Shown one piece after another: positions 19,232 through 29,338 of a stretch of 64,000 nt of DNA. Positions within the stretch are counted from its first letter, which is position 1. Every line of letters begins with the position of its first letter. Origin of the DNA: Planctomycetota bacterium (GTDB lineage: Bacteria; Planctomycetota; JAJSAM01; JAJVHW01); the NCBI GenBank assembly GCA_965248445.1, contig CBDFJG010000004.1, forward strand, positions 992,001 to 1,056,000, given 5' to 3'. The position numbers were made by a program, and so were the translations under genes. Under the pieces are notes generated by a model that had not been told where the DNA came from, made no database searches, and was given only the letters and a program-made list of their open reading frames with translations.

Positions 19232-22200
19232 GTGCAGGGCGGACCCGTGCGACGGATTGCGGCAGGGATGGTGGCACTCGTTCTGCTCTCCGCACCGCTG
19301 ACGTCGCATGCGCAGGACGCCGTGAGCGAAGCGAAACGCCGCCGTGGACAGGGCGTCGCCGCCGCGAAGGCGGGGGATCTGGGCGCCGCGAGACACCATC
19401 TCCTCGCCGCCGTGGCACTCGATCCGTCGTCCGTCGACTTGTACGGCGACCTGGCAGCGCTCGACCGGGCCGATCCCGAGCTGCGCGCGCTCTGGGCGCA
19501 CGCGGCTGCACTGGCAGGATGCGACGCGAGCGGGAGGGTGGCCAAAGCCCAGGTGGATCTCGCGGACGCCAGCCGGGTCGTGGTGAAGCGTGCCCGTGCA
19601 GCCAAAGCCGCCGCCGCCGCTGCGGGACGGCTCAAGAACGCCGTGCACGAGCCGACGCGGCAGTGGCTCCTCGGACTCTCGAGGACGCTGACGGACGGAT
19701 CGAGTGTGCTCTCCACCGCGCACGTGGGCGCATTCGAGAAGGCCGCGGGGAACACGGCTCCCGACGTCGACAAGCTCACGAGCGCTCTGGCGGAACTCAT
19801 GCAGTCCGCGTACGCGGCGGGAGATCTCGAAACGGCTCTCGAAGCAGCGCGGACGATGCGCGGACTGGCCATGCAGGCGGGCCAGGCAAAGAACGCGCCG
19901 GCGCTTCCGACGGCCGCGCTGACGGCGGCGCTCGCGATGATCCGCAAGGTGCGCGCGGACCTGCGCCGTGCTGAGGAGCAGCGCGCGAAAGACGCGGTGG
20001 CGGGCGCCGAGCCGGTCGTCTGGACCGTCGAGTCACTCGAGTCGGTGCCGGAGGACGACGTCGATGCGTGGAGCGCCAAGCGGACGAAGTGGACCGCGCC
20101 GGGCGTTGCCCTGTCGCCGACGGAGCTCTACCGCGTCGAGACGATCTGTGGTCACGCCACGCTGCTGCACATCACGCGCGACGTCGAGTACCACCATGCG
20201 CGCCTGATCAAGTGGTACGGCCGCGACCCGTTCGACGGGCGGCGGGGACTCGTGCGCCTCTCCCCGGACTATCGCGACTTCGAGGGCGAGGGAGCTCCGT
20301 TCTGGTGGGCCGGCGGCTTCCAGGCTGGCGATGTCACGACCATGATCGTGCGCTTCGCGAGCCGCGATCCGCTGAATGGCACGCTCTGTCACGAACTGAC
20401 GCACCGGTTCGACGGAGCGATCTTCCCGGGGATGCCGTCGTGGCTGAGCGAGGGGCACGCCGTCTACACCGCGAGGGGAAGCCTGTACCCCGAAGCCGAG
20501 GAGGTGGACGAGGACATCATCCGCTGGAACGACCTCGGGACGACGCATCAGAACGGCTACGCGACACCGAAGGGCCTCCGCGACTTCATCACCGGACGTG
20601 TCGACGACTACCGGCACAACTATCCCGGCGGGTACTCGCTCTACACGTTCCTGCGCCGCTTCCGCGGGTTCGACGGGAAGCAGAAGGACAAGCCGTTGTT
20701 CGCATCGCGTCTCCCCGCGTACATGGCGAGCTTCCGCGCACGATCGATGGTCCCGCCGGAGAAACGGCTCGTGGGGCACTTCGCGGACGGCAAGGACGGA
20801 CGGCCCGACGGATTCAGTGCATTCGCGGACATGTGGGCGCGCTTCCTCAGGGAGGGCGGGCTCGTCGGCCGCGACAAGGGCACGTGGGTCGAGGCGTGGG
20901 ACGATGCCGACACGGAGGCACGCGAGAAGGCGCAGCGCCATCGCAGCCGGTCCGCCGATGTGTTCGACCGCAAGACGTTCCAGCCCGGCCGAACGCGGCA
21001 CGATCCGCCAGATCATGGGCAGGAGCACGCCCGCGTCGCGGCGCGGCTGCTGACCGCCGGAGGGAAGACGGCGGCGGCGCTCGAGGCGTACCACTGGGCG
21101 CTGCGCGCTGACGAAGCGACCGCGGAGGACTTCGTGGCGGCGGCGGCGCTCGCGGAGTCCGCGGGGCGCGAAGACGTGGCGTGGGTGTCCCGTCTGCTCG
21201 CGCATCGCATCGACCCTCCCGCGCACGCCGTGCCGGAAGGCGAGTTGAGTGGGGCGGCTTCGCCGGCCTGGCGCGCTGCACGAGCGGCGGCCGACGCGTA
21301 CGGTGTGCGGGCCGCGGCCGCACACGAGGCCGGACACCTGCGGCTGGCGCGCGCGCTCCGCGCAGAACAGGACGCCATCGTCGCGTGGCTCGGGCAGGCC
21401 CGCATCGCGGATCTCACGCCGGAGGAAGCAACGCTCGTCGGCGGAGTCTCGCCGCGCGTTCCGGAGCTCCGCCCGGAGAGGAACCTGGTGATCGGCGGGC
21501 TGGTCGAGGAGCGCTGGGCGCCTCTCGACTCCGAACCGGGCGAGCCGTGGTACGCGCCGGATGGACACTCGGTCGAACTTGGGCGCCGCGAGCCGGGGAA
21601 GTCACAGACGGGACAGGTGCGCGACGGCCGCGAGCGGCGGATCTTCGTCCGCACGAAGGACTGGCTCTCCGGCACGTACTCGGTGCGCGTGCGCGTGCGG
21701 TTCCTGTCGCTCCTGACGATGTCGCGGATCGTGATCGGGCAGACACATCGCGACCGCGGCGTCGAGATCCACGTGAACAGCGGAGAGTGGCGGCGTGACG
21801 ACGACGCGAAGAAGCGCGGCTTGCGGTCTATTCAGCTGAACGTCACCGATCTCCGCCCGTACAGCGGAAAGACCAGCCCACTGTCCGAACGCGTGGGGTT
21901 CTCGTCGCCCCGGGAGGTGTTCGAGGTCGTCGCCCACGTGACGGGACCGTACGTGCGGGTGCTGATCAACGGCAAGGAGCGCGTCTCGTTCCGCCGCGAG
22001 ACAGGACAGCCGATCGAGGGTCACGTCGGCTTCGGCCTGCAGCGCGGCATCGTGCGGTTCGAGGAACCCGTGACGCGTCGGCACCGTGTGCTCGGACCCG
22101 ACCGGGTGTCGCCCGCAGAGCGCTTCGACGCACCACTCGATCTGTCCCGGGAGAGCGACTTCCCGTGGGACACGATCGTCGGCCGCCGGGTCGTCGGGTT

Positions 22201-22603
22201 GCCGCGTCATGCTCGCGGGACGCTGCTCCTTTGGTGGCCGGAGGACACGCCCGATGAGCTGTGGGAACTGTCCGAGATGAACCAGAAGCACGTCAAGTGC
22301 ACGGCCTGGGTCGAGCGTGGTGGCTTCCCAGTGTCCGTGCGCGTCGCGGTGCCGCAGGATGCGCCGGAGGACATCCCTGTGTGGGCGGAGCAGCCGTTCC
22401 TGCGTCATCACGGTCACGCCGACGTATCGGACTCCGTCAAACGCGCGGGCGAGGAGGAGGACGGAGGCGGCTACCTCTGGCGCGGCTACCCGCCCATCCC
22501 CGTCTGGCTCATGCTCGACGAGAGGAACGTCGTGCGCTCGGCCGGCCCGCGCGCCCCGACGACGCGCGCCGTCGCGCTGGCGCACGCCCTCGCCGGGCGA
22601 TGA
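19232..22603 (+). CDS. Large exported protein with gluzincin metallopeptidase motif, TPR-like helices and a C-terminal lectin-like domain
   Basis: Signal peptide; LCHELTHRF followed by PSWLSEGHAVY; beta-rich C-terminus (VRVLINGKE...GHVGFGLQRGIVRF). Confidence 0.75.
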   Translation: MQGGPVRRIAAGMVALVLLSAPLTSHAQDAVSEAKRRRGQGVAAAKAGDLGAARHHLLAAVALDPSSVDLYGDLAALDRADPELRALWAHAAALAGCDASGRVAKAQVDLADASRVVVKRARAAKAAAAAAGRLKNAVHEPTRQWLLGLSRTLTDGSSVLSTAHVGAFEKAAGNTAPDVDKLTSALAELMQSAYAAGDLETALEAARTMRGLAMQAGQAKNAPALPTAALTAALAMIRKVRADLRRAEEQRAKDAVAGAEPVVWTVESLESVPEDDVDAWSAKRTKWTAPGVALSPTELYRVETICGHATLLHITRDVEYHHARLIKWYGRDPFDGRRGLVRLSPDYRDFEGEGAPFWWAGGFQAGDVTTMIVRFASRDPLNGTLCHELTHRFDGAIFPGMPSWLSEGHAVYTARGSLYPEAEEVDEDIIRWNDLGTTHQNGYATPKGLRDFITGRVDDYRHNYPGGYSLYTFLRRFRGFDGKQKDKPLFASRLPAYMASFRARSMVPPEKRLVGHFADGKDGRPDGFSAFADMWARFLREGGLVGRDKGTWVEAWDDADTEAREKAQRHRSRSADVFDRKTFQPGRTRHDPPDHGQEHARVAARLLTAGGKTAAALEAYHWALRADEATAEDFVAAAALAESAGREDVAWVSRLLAHRIDPPAHAVPEGELSGAASPAWRAARAAADAYGVRAAAAHEAGHLRLARALRAEQDAIVAWLGQARIADLTPEEATLVGGVSPRVPELRPERNLVIGGLVEERWAPLDSEPGEPWYAPDGHSVELGRREPGKSQTGQVRDGRERRIFVRTKDWLSGTYSVRVRVRFLSLLTMSRIVIGQTHRDRGVEIHVNSGEWRRDDDAKKRGLRSIQLNVTDLRPYSGKTSPLSERVGFSSPREVFEVVAHVTGPYVRVLINGKERVSFRRETGQPIEGHVGFGLQRGIVRFEEPVTRRHRVLGPDRVSPAERFDAPLDLSRESDFPWDTIVGRRVVGLPRHARGTLLLWWPEDTPDELWELSEMNQKHVKCTAWVERGGFPVSVRVAVPQDAPEDIPVWAEQPFLRHHGHADVSDSVKRAGEEEDGGGYLWRGYPPIPVWLMLDERNVVRSAGPRAPTTRAVALAHALAGR

Positions 22604-22646
22604 CCGGCCGGTATTCGTCGAGGCCGGTCGCTACTCCTCGAGGCCG

Positions 22647-23291
22647 CTACTCCTCGAGGATGGGCGGATACGACAGCGCGATGTCGGTCGCACCGAATCG
22701 TTGCGCCTTCTTGACCGCGCGCTCGAGTCGTTTCATCGCCTTCGTGAACTCGGCGAGCACGCGGACGATCTCGTCGAACTTCGGGTTGATGAATCTGTCG
22801 TGGAGCCGCGCCCCCTCGTCGAACGCAGCCCGTGACCGGTCGATGCCCGACTGGACCTTCGCCCGCCGGCGTGGCGAGAGGGTCTCGTTCGCCCCGAGTT
22901 GCTGCACGACGCTCGCGCGCAGGTCACCGGCGTCGCGTCTGATCTGGTCCGCGAGTCCGTTTCGCGAGTCGGGGAACGTCACGCTGTCGTCCGGCGGGGG
23001 GAGCCTCTCGTTGTCGAACGCGACGCCGGCCTTCTTGATGACCTTCCGGATGTCGCCGACGCACTGACTCGCCTTCCGGTCCCCGCTCATGAGTTTCGGC
23101 AGCTTGCGCTCCAGCAGAGCCTGCAGCTTCCCCTGCTTGGTCGTCGGAGCGGCGACGTCTTCGATCATCGAGACGATGTCGTCGAACGTGTTTGCGGTGT
23201 CCCGCCGCAGGCCTGCTGCACCGAACACGTGCGCCGCCAGCGCTATGACCGACATCGCAGCGATCAGTTTGACTGTCCGTGATCTGCTCAC
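22647..23291 (-). CDS. Exported helical hypothetical protein
   Basis: GTG at 23291 after GGAGGTG; hydrophobic N-terminus; the longer ORF-track start overlaps the ABC gene. Confidence 0.6.
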   Translation of the reverse strand: MSRSRTVKLIAAMSVIALAAHVFGAAGLRRDTANTFDDIVSMIEDVAAPTTKQGKLQALLERKLPKLMSGDRKASQCVGDIRKVIKKAGVAFDNERLPPPDDSVTFPDSRNGLADQIRRDAGDLRASVVQQLGANETLSPRRRAKVQSGIDRSRAAFDEGARLHDRFINPKFDEIVRVLAEFTKAMKRLERAVKKAQRFGATDIALSYPPILEE

Positions 23292-23388
23292 GGGCACCTC
23301 CCCTGCGTCTCCGTTGAGCTGATCCGACAGCATAGCGCGCAGGGCGGGGCTCCGCCCGACCCCGACCGCTGCTAGCCTCGCGGGCTTC

Positions 23389-25185
23389 ATGTGGTGGCGG
23401 GACGAGGAACTCCCCGAGGACGACAAGCACGTTCGCCATCTTCCTGCCGGGGAGATGTTGCGGCGTGTCCTCCCCATGTTCCGCCCGCATGCGGGCGCGC
23501 TGGCGGCCGGCGTTGGACTGCTCCTTGTGTCGGTGACTGCCGAGCTGGCGGGCCCCCTGGTCCTGCGCCACCTGATCGACGTCGACATCGGCGCCGGTTC
23601 GCGCGACGGGATCGTGCGGAGCGCGCTGATCTACGCGGGGCTGTTCGCGATCGGCACGGTCGCGAACTACATGCAGGTCGTCGTGCTCACTCGCATGGGG
23701 CTGTCGATCGTCACGAAGCTGAAGGAGCGGCTGTTCCATCACCTCATGGGTCTGTCGATGGCGTACTTCGACCAGAACCCGCCGGGCAAGCTCATGGCGC
23801 GCGTGGAGTCGGACGCAGAGCGGTTGCAGGCGCTCTTCTCCGAGGTCGCGATCGCGGTGCTTCGCACGGCCGTTCTCCTGATCGGTGCGCTGGCGGTGAT
23901 GTTCGCCACGAGCTGGCGGGTGACGATCGGCGTGCTGCTGTTCGCGATCCCGCTCGCGGTCGGGACGATCTACTACTTCCGCTGGATGCGCGGGCTCTAC
24001 CGCCGTGTGCGCGCGATGGTGGCGCGCATCTCCGGGTTCGTGTCCGAGTACGTGCCCGCCGTCCCGATCGTGCAGGTGTTCGGGTTCGAGGAGGAGGCGG
24101 AGAAGCGGCTGGAGAAGCTGAACCAGGAGAAGCTCGTTACCGAGCGTTGGTCGTCGTTGTTCGAGTACGGTTTCTGGGGGTTCCTCACGGCCGTCGAGGT
24201 CGTGGCGGTGATCCTGCTGCTCTACATGGGCTCAGGCCGGCTCCTTGGCGACGCGATGACCGTCGGCACGCTCATCCTCTTCGTCGAATACACACGCCGC
24301 ATCTTCTGGCCGCTCGCGATGTTCTCGGAGCAGATCGGGTTCATCCAACGCGCGTTCGCATCGGCGGACCGCGTGTTCGGCGTGCTCGACACGGAGTCGC
24401 GCACTCCCGACCGCGCAGGCGCGTCGGCCGTCGTCCCGGCGGACTGGGGTGAGATCGCGTTCGAGGGCGTCTCGTTCGTGTACGACGGTGGCACGCGCGC
24501 GCTCGACAACGTGTCGTTCCGTATCCGGCGTGGCGAGACGGTCGCGCTCGTGGGCATGTCGGGTGGTGGCAAGACCACGATCACGAGTCTGCTCCTCCGC
24601 TTCTACCAGCCCACCGAAGGGCGCGTGACACTCGATGGCACGGACATCCGCGACTTCGAGCAGAAGGCGTGGCGTGCACGCATCGGTCTCGTGCAGCAGG
24701 ACATCCACCTGTTCCCGGGGAACGTGCGCGACAACCTGCGCGCGCTCGTCGGAGAGGTCGAACAGCCCCGACTCGAACGAGCGGCCGCGATCGTTGGCGC
24801 CGACGAGGTGGTGGCGCGGCTGCCGGGCGGCTACGACGCAACGCTCGCCGAGGGCGGCTCGAACCTCTCGATGGGAGAGCGTCAGTTGCTCAGCTTCACG
24901 CGGGCGCTGGTGCACGATCCCGATCTGCTCGTGCTCGACGAGGCGACATCCTCGGTGGACCCGGGCACAGAGCGACGTCTACAGGCCTCCATGGAGCGCA
25001 TGCTCGCGGGCCGCACGGCTCTCGTCATCGCGCACCGGCGATCGACCGTCGTCACGGCCGATCGCATTCTGGTGGTCCACGGCGGGCAGCTCGTCGAGGA
25101 GGGCACGCACGCGGAGCTGCACGCGCGCGGCGGTGTCTATCGCGACCTCTTCGACCTTCAGTTCCAGAGGGGGAAGACGGCATGA
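23389..25185 (+). CDS. ABC exporter, fused permease/ATPase, MdlB-like half
   Basis: TM domain; GMSGGGKT; degenerate signature LSMGERQ; VLDEATS; AHR. Confidence 0.92.
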   Translation: MWWRDEELPEDDKHVRHLPAGEMLRRVLPMFRPHAGALAAGVGLLLVSVTAELAGPLVLRHLIDVDIGAGSRDGIVRSALIYAGLFAIGTVANYMQVVVLTRMGLSIVTKLKERLFHHLMGLSMAYFDQNPPGKLMARVESDAERLQALFSEVAIAVLRTAVLLIGALAVMFATSWRVTIGVLLFAIPLAVGTIYYFRWMRGLYRRVRAMVARISGFVSEYVPAVPIVQVFGFEEEAEKRLEKLNQEKLVTERWSSLFEYGFWGFLTAVEVVAVILLLYMGSGRLLGDAMTVGTLILFVEYTRRIFWPLAMFSEQIGFIQRAFASADRVFGVLDTESRTPDRAGASAVVPADWGEIAFEGVSFVYDGGTRALDNVSFRIRRGETVALVGMSGGGKTTITSLLLRFYQPTEGRVTLDGTDIRDFEQKAWRARIGLVQQDIHLFPGNVRDNLRALVGEVEQPRLERAAAIVGADEVVARLPGGYDATLAEGGSNLSMGERQLLSFTRALVHDPDLLVLDEATSSVDPGTERRLQASMERMLAGRTALVIAHRRSTVVTADRILVVHGGQLVEEGTHAELHARGGVYRDLFDLQFQRGKTA

Positions 25186-26966
25186 AGACCGCCGTCACGC
25201 TGACGACCCGCGAACACCTGCGCTGGCTCGGAGAGTACTGGCGTCCGCACCGCGTGTTCGCGGCGGTGTTGGTGTTCTGGACCCTGATGTCGAGCGCGGT
25301 TGCGGTCGCGTTTCCCCTGGTGTGGATGCTCGTCATCGATGGCCTGCGTGAACTGCCGGAAGGACAGACGCTCGCCGACGGTGACCTCAGCCGGTTCGCG
25401 GCGATCCTCGGAGTCATCGCACTCGGACGCGTGATCGTCGGGCTCTATCCGGCGTTCCGCGCGTGGATGAACCTGAACATCGAGAAAGCGGTGCGCGGCC
25501 GCGTGTTCGCGTCCATTCTGCGCAAGGACCACACGTTCCAGGGGCGCTTCCGCACGGGCGACATGGTCACGCGGCTGACCGACGACATCACCGAGTACCC
25601 GCGCATCGCGTGGTTTGGTTGCTCCGGGATCTTCCGGTTCATCGACTCTTCGTCGCGCGTGTTCTTCTGCGTCGGCGCGATGCTCCTCTACTGCGACGTG
25701 CGCCTCGCCCTGCTCTCGATGATCCCGGTACCGATCATGCTCTGGGTGTTCTACATGGCGCGCAACGCGTTGCGCACGACGTACAACGAGCAGCAGGTCG
25801 CGGTCTCGGAGACCAACGACACCTTGGAGTCCGCTTTCTCGGGCATACGGATCGTGAAGGCGTTCAATGCCGACGCCGGGCAGGAGCTGCGCCTCGGCAA
25901 GACACTGCATCGCCGCATCGGGATCCAGCTGAAGCTCGCGAAGCTCGTCGCGCTCGTGCATGGCAGCGACAACATCGCCGGCCGCTTGGGCCAGGTGATC
26001 GTGCTGTCGGTGGGCGGGTTGATGGTGCTCGACGGCGAGCTGTCGCTCGGGACGCTGTTCGCGCTGCACCTCTACCTCGACATGCTGATCCACCCGATGA
26101 TGGACCTGCCGAACCTCCTCGTGTCCGCACGTCAGGCGTTCGTCTCGATCGACCGCGAGGAGGAGGTGCTGCGGGCGCCCGCGGTCGCGCGTACGACCGC
26201 GCCGGAGCAGGCCGCGCCGAGGATCGACCGCGTTTCGGTCAGAGATGCGGCGTTCCGGTATCGCGTCGATCTGCCGCCGGCGCTCGACGGTGTGACGTTC
26301 GACGTCGCGCGGGGCAGCCGTGTCGCTCTGGTCGGCCCGGTCGCGAGCGGCAAGTCCACGCTGTTGCGCGTGATGGCGGGGTTGCTCCCGCTCGACCAGG
26401 GCGTCTGCGAGTACGCCGGGCTGCCGCTCGCGGACTGGGACTGGGCCACGCTGCGCGGTCGCATCGGGTACGTGCCGCAGGAGTCGCTGCTCGTGTCGGA
26501 CACGATCGAGTCGAACGTCGCGTTCGGCCGCGACGCCGATGAAGCGTGGATCCGGCAGTGCCTCGACGCAGCACAGATGTCGGCCGACCTCGAGCAGGTC
26601 GCAGGCGGCACGCAGGCGTTGCTCGGGCGCGGCGGCACGCTGGTCTCGGGCGGCCAGAAGCAGCGCATCGCCATCGCGCGGGCGCTCGCCGGCCGTCCGG
26701 AGGTCCTGCTGCTGGACGACTGCACGTCGTCTCTCGACGCGCACAACGAGGACCGACTGTGGGACGGCATCCGGCGAGTCAGTCCCGGCGCGACGGTGTT
26801 CGTCGTTTCCCATCGGCCGACGTCGATCCGCCGCGCCGACACGATCCTCGTCATGGACCGGGGCCGGCTCGTCGACAGCGGGGCGCACGATGAACTGAGC
26901 GGCAGGTGCCGCGAGTACGGTGAATTCCTGCTCGCGGAGGAGCGCCGGGCGCACCTCGCGGGCTGA
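25182..26966 (+). CDS. ABC exporter, fused permease/ATPase, MdlA-like half
   Basis: ATGA overlap with the previous gene; GPVASGKS; VSGGQKQR; degenerate Walker B LLDDCTS. Confidence 0.92.
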   Translation: MKTAVTLTTREHLRWLGEYWRPHRVFAAVLVFWTLMSSAVAVAFPLVWMLVIDGLRELPEGQTLADGDLSRFAAILGVIALGRVIVGLYPAFRAWMNLNIEKAVRGRVFASILRKDHTFQGRFRTGDMVTRLTDDITEYPRIAWFGCSGIFRFIDSSSRVFFCVGAMLLYCDVRLALLSMIPVPIMLWVFYMARNALRTTYNEQQVAVSETNDTLESAFSGIRIVKAFNADAGQELRLGKTLHRRIGIQLKLAKLVALVHGSDNIAGRLGQVIVLSVGGLMVLDGELSLGTLFALHLYLDMLIHPMMDLPNLLVSARQAFVSIDREEEVLRAPAVARTTAPEQAAPRIDRVSVRDAAFRYRVDLPPALDGVTFDVARGSRVALVGPVASGKSTLLRVMAGLLPLDQGVCEYAGLPLADWDWATLRGRIGYVPQESLLVSDTIESNVAFGRDADEAWIRQCLDAAQMSADLEQVAGGTQALLGRGGTLVSGGQKQRIAIARALAGRPEVLLLDDCTSSLDAHNEDRLWDGIRRVSPGATVFVVSHRPTSIRRADTILVMDRGRLVDSGAHDELSGRCREYGEFLLAEERRAHLAG

Positions 26967-26976
26967 CCGCCGCCGC

Positions 26977-27465
26977 TCAGACGTAGACGGAGTGCACCAC
27001 CAGCAGAGCGGCGAGCAGCGCAGCCAGCGAGAGGAGGAGCACGAGCGCGAGGCGTGTCTTGCGCAACGCGTCGTCTGCCTCCCACCAGGTGCGCGGGCCG
27101 ACGCCTTGTGCCCAGAACGTCGCCATCGCCGACAGGATGACGCAGGTCAGGTTGATCGCGAGTAGCAACAGAGCCCCCGAGGATGCCGTCCAGTCCCCCG
27201 CTCCGGCAGACACGCCGGCGACGACTGCCGGCGGAAGCAGCGCGACGGCGACCATCACTCCGACGAGCGCCGCCGGCAGTCCCGTCGTGAACGCGAGCGC
27301 CCCGGCCGTACCCGACGCCAGCGCGACCGCGAACGCCCAGGGCGTGGGATCTGTGCGCGCCGCGAACTCGGCGTTCTGCGGGATCTCCCCGAGTGCGAGA
27401 CCGATCACGACGGAGAGGGCGAGCGCCATGTCGGGCACGACGATCTCGATGAGGCGGAGTGGCAC
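26977..27465 (-). CDS. Shortened DUF389/TIGR00341-family membrane protein (possible pseudogene)
   Basis: RT.PT...AVALASGTAGAL, LVGVMVAVALLPP and LLLAINL motifs; only 162 aa. Confidence 0.7.
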   Translation of the reverse strand: MPLRLIEIVVPDMALALSVVIGLALGEIPQNAEFAARTDPTPWAFAVALASGTAGALAFTTGLPAALVGVMVAVALLPPAVVAGVSAGAGDWTASSGALLLLAINLTCVILSAMATFWAQGVGPRTWWEADDALRKTRLALVLLLSLAALLAALLVVHSVYV

Positions 27466-27722
27466 CGGCGGATGCTACACGCCGGGCAGCCTGCTTCAGA
27501 TCCCCGCAACAACGCAGCCATACGCTGAGGTTCCTGTCGCGGCCGGGTGTTCCAGTCGGGCAGGCGACTGCAGCCAGGGCCCCCTCGCCCCGGCAACACG
27601 CCCGGCGGAGCTTGCTCCGCCGGGCGCTGTCGATTCAGCGTCGCGCTGCGGCGTGCTAGCGCTCTTGCGGGTCTGTGCGAGCATTCGTGTTCAGAGGGCA
27701 GGAGCTCGCAGGAGGAGTGGCG

Positions 27723-28982
27723 ATGTCGACATCGAGAGTGTGGTTCGTCGCGTTGACCGCCGCCGCGGCGCTCGCCGGGGTCGCGACAGCGAAGCTGCCC
27801 GGCAAGGGCGAAGTGATCACCGTGAGCCTCGGGCCGACGGAGGCGCTCGTGACGCGCGACAGCGGGTCCAGTGCCTCCGGCTTCAGGGCATCCGAGAACG
27901 CGCGGCTGGTCGTGCTCGGGACCTCGGACGACCTCGTCCTCCAGGACACCAACCTGACGGGCGACATCTACCTGCGGGATGTCAAGAACGACACCACCTT
28001 TCTCGGCTCCGCAGGTTCCGACGGACTGGCGGGGGACGGCGGCTCCTTCAACGCCGACGTGTCAGGGAACTCGAAGATCCTCGCGTTCCGCAGCCGCGCC
28101 GAGAACCTGGATCCGGCGGACGACAACGAAGCCGAGGACATCTTCGTGCGCGACCTTGTCAGGGGCACCACGGAGCGTGTCTCGATCGGACCGGCCGGCG
28201 AGCAAGGCGACGGCGACTCGTTCTCCCCGTCGATCTCGAAGAACGGCCGGATGGTGGCGTTCATGAGCCTCTCGCAGAACTTCCACGCCCCCGAGGGCAA
28301 CAGCTCCTGGGACGTGTTCGTGCGTGACCGCAAGAAGGGGAAGACGACGCTGGTCTCCATCGCCACCGGTGGCTCCACCGGCAACAACAACTCCGAGGAC
28401 CCGGCGATCTCGGGGAACGGGAAGTTCGTGCTGTTCTGGTCCCGCGCCACGGACCTGGTGGAGGGCGGAGTCACCGGGACTCAGCTGTACGTGCGGGATC
28501 TCAAGAAGAGGACGACAACGCTCTTGACAGTCGCTGCCGCCGGTGGAGCGTCCACCGGATCTGCCGAGCGCGGGAGCCTGTCGAAGAACGGCCGCTGGGC
28601 CGTCTTCACTTCCGACGGGGATGATCTGGTCGGCAATGACACGAACGGGCGTCGGGACGTGTTCGTGCGGGACCTCAAGAAGCGCATCACGACGCGCGTG
28701 TCGGTTGGATTCGACGGGCGCGAGGTGGTGGACGGCGCGTCCGGTGGCCTCATCTCGTCCAACGGCCGCCACGTCGCGTTCGGATCGGAGGGAACGGAGT
28801 TCGATGCCGGGGCGGCGTTCCTCGAGGGGATCTTCGTGCGGGACCTCAAGAAGGCCACGACCACCTCCGCCGCCCTCGGCGAGAGCCTGGAGGTCGTTGC
28901 GCTCGTGAAGAAGGGGAAGATCCTCGTCTGGAACGACGAGACGGAGGATCAGGTCCCCACGACGTTCATGACCAGGCGGTGA
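27723..28982 (+). CDS. Secreted TolB-like (PD40/WD40-like) beta-propeller protein
   Basis: ATG after GGAGGAG; signal peptide; six D(I/V)FVRDL-type repeats with IS.NGR.VAF.S motifs. Confidence 0.85.
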   Translation: MSTSRVWFVALTAAAALAGVATAKLPGKGEVITVSLGPTEALVTRDSGSSASGFRASENARLVVLGTSDDLVLQDTNLTGDIYLRDVKNDTTFLGSAGSDGLAGDGGSFNADVSGNSKILAFRSRAENLDPADDNEAEDIFVRDLVRGTTERVSIGPAGEQGDGDSFSPSISKNGRMVAFMSLSQNFHAPEGNSSWDVFVRDRKKGKTTLVSIATGGSTGNNNSEDPAISGNGKFVLFWSRATDLVEGGVTGTQLYVRDLKKRTTTLLTVAAAGGASTGSAERGSLSKNGRWAVFTSDGDDLVGNDTNGRRDVFVRDLKKRITTRVSVGFDGREVVDGASGGLISSNGRHVAFGSEGTEFDAGAAFLEGIFVRDLKKATTTSAALGESLEVVALVKKGKILVWNDETEDQVPTTFMTRR

Positions 28983-29023
28983 GACCGTTGACCGCCGCGT
29001 CCCTTGCGCGGCATCGTGTTGCC

Positions 29024-29290
29024 ATGTGCCGCAACATCAAGACGCTCCACAACTTCGAACCGCCGGCGACGGACGACGAGGTGCGCGCTTCCGCGCTGCA
29101 GTTCGTGCGGAAGTTGAGCGGCTCCACCAAACCGTCCCGCGCGAACGAGGCGACGTTCGATCTCGCGGTCGACGAGGTGACGGCAGCAGCGCACAAGCTC
29201 CTCTCCTCGCTCGTCACGTCGGCTCCCCCGCGGGACCGCGAGGTCGAGGCTGCGAAGGCTCGCGCGCGCGCCGCGAAGCGCTTCGGCTAG
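29024..29290 (+). CDS. DUF2277 family protein
   Basis: MCRNIKTLHNFEPPATDDEVRASALQFVRKLSG. Confidence 0.88.
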   Translation: MCRNIKTLHNFEPPATDDEVRASALQFVRKLSGSTKPSRANEATFDLAVDEVTAAAHKLLSSLVTSAPPRDREVEAAKARARAAKRFG

Positions 29291-29338
29291 GCGACTCCCG
29301 CGCGTGTGGGTGCCCGGCTCGATAATCGAGCGCACGGG

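Noticed and set aside
24669..25181. N-terminal extension of the second ABC half
   Set aside because: Overlaps the first ABC gene; the ATGA-coupled start at 25182 fits better.
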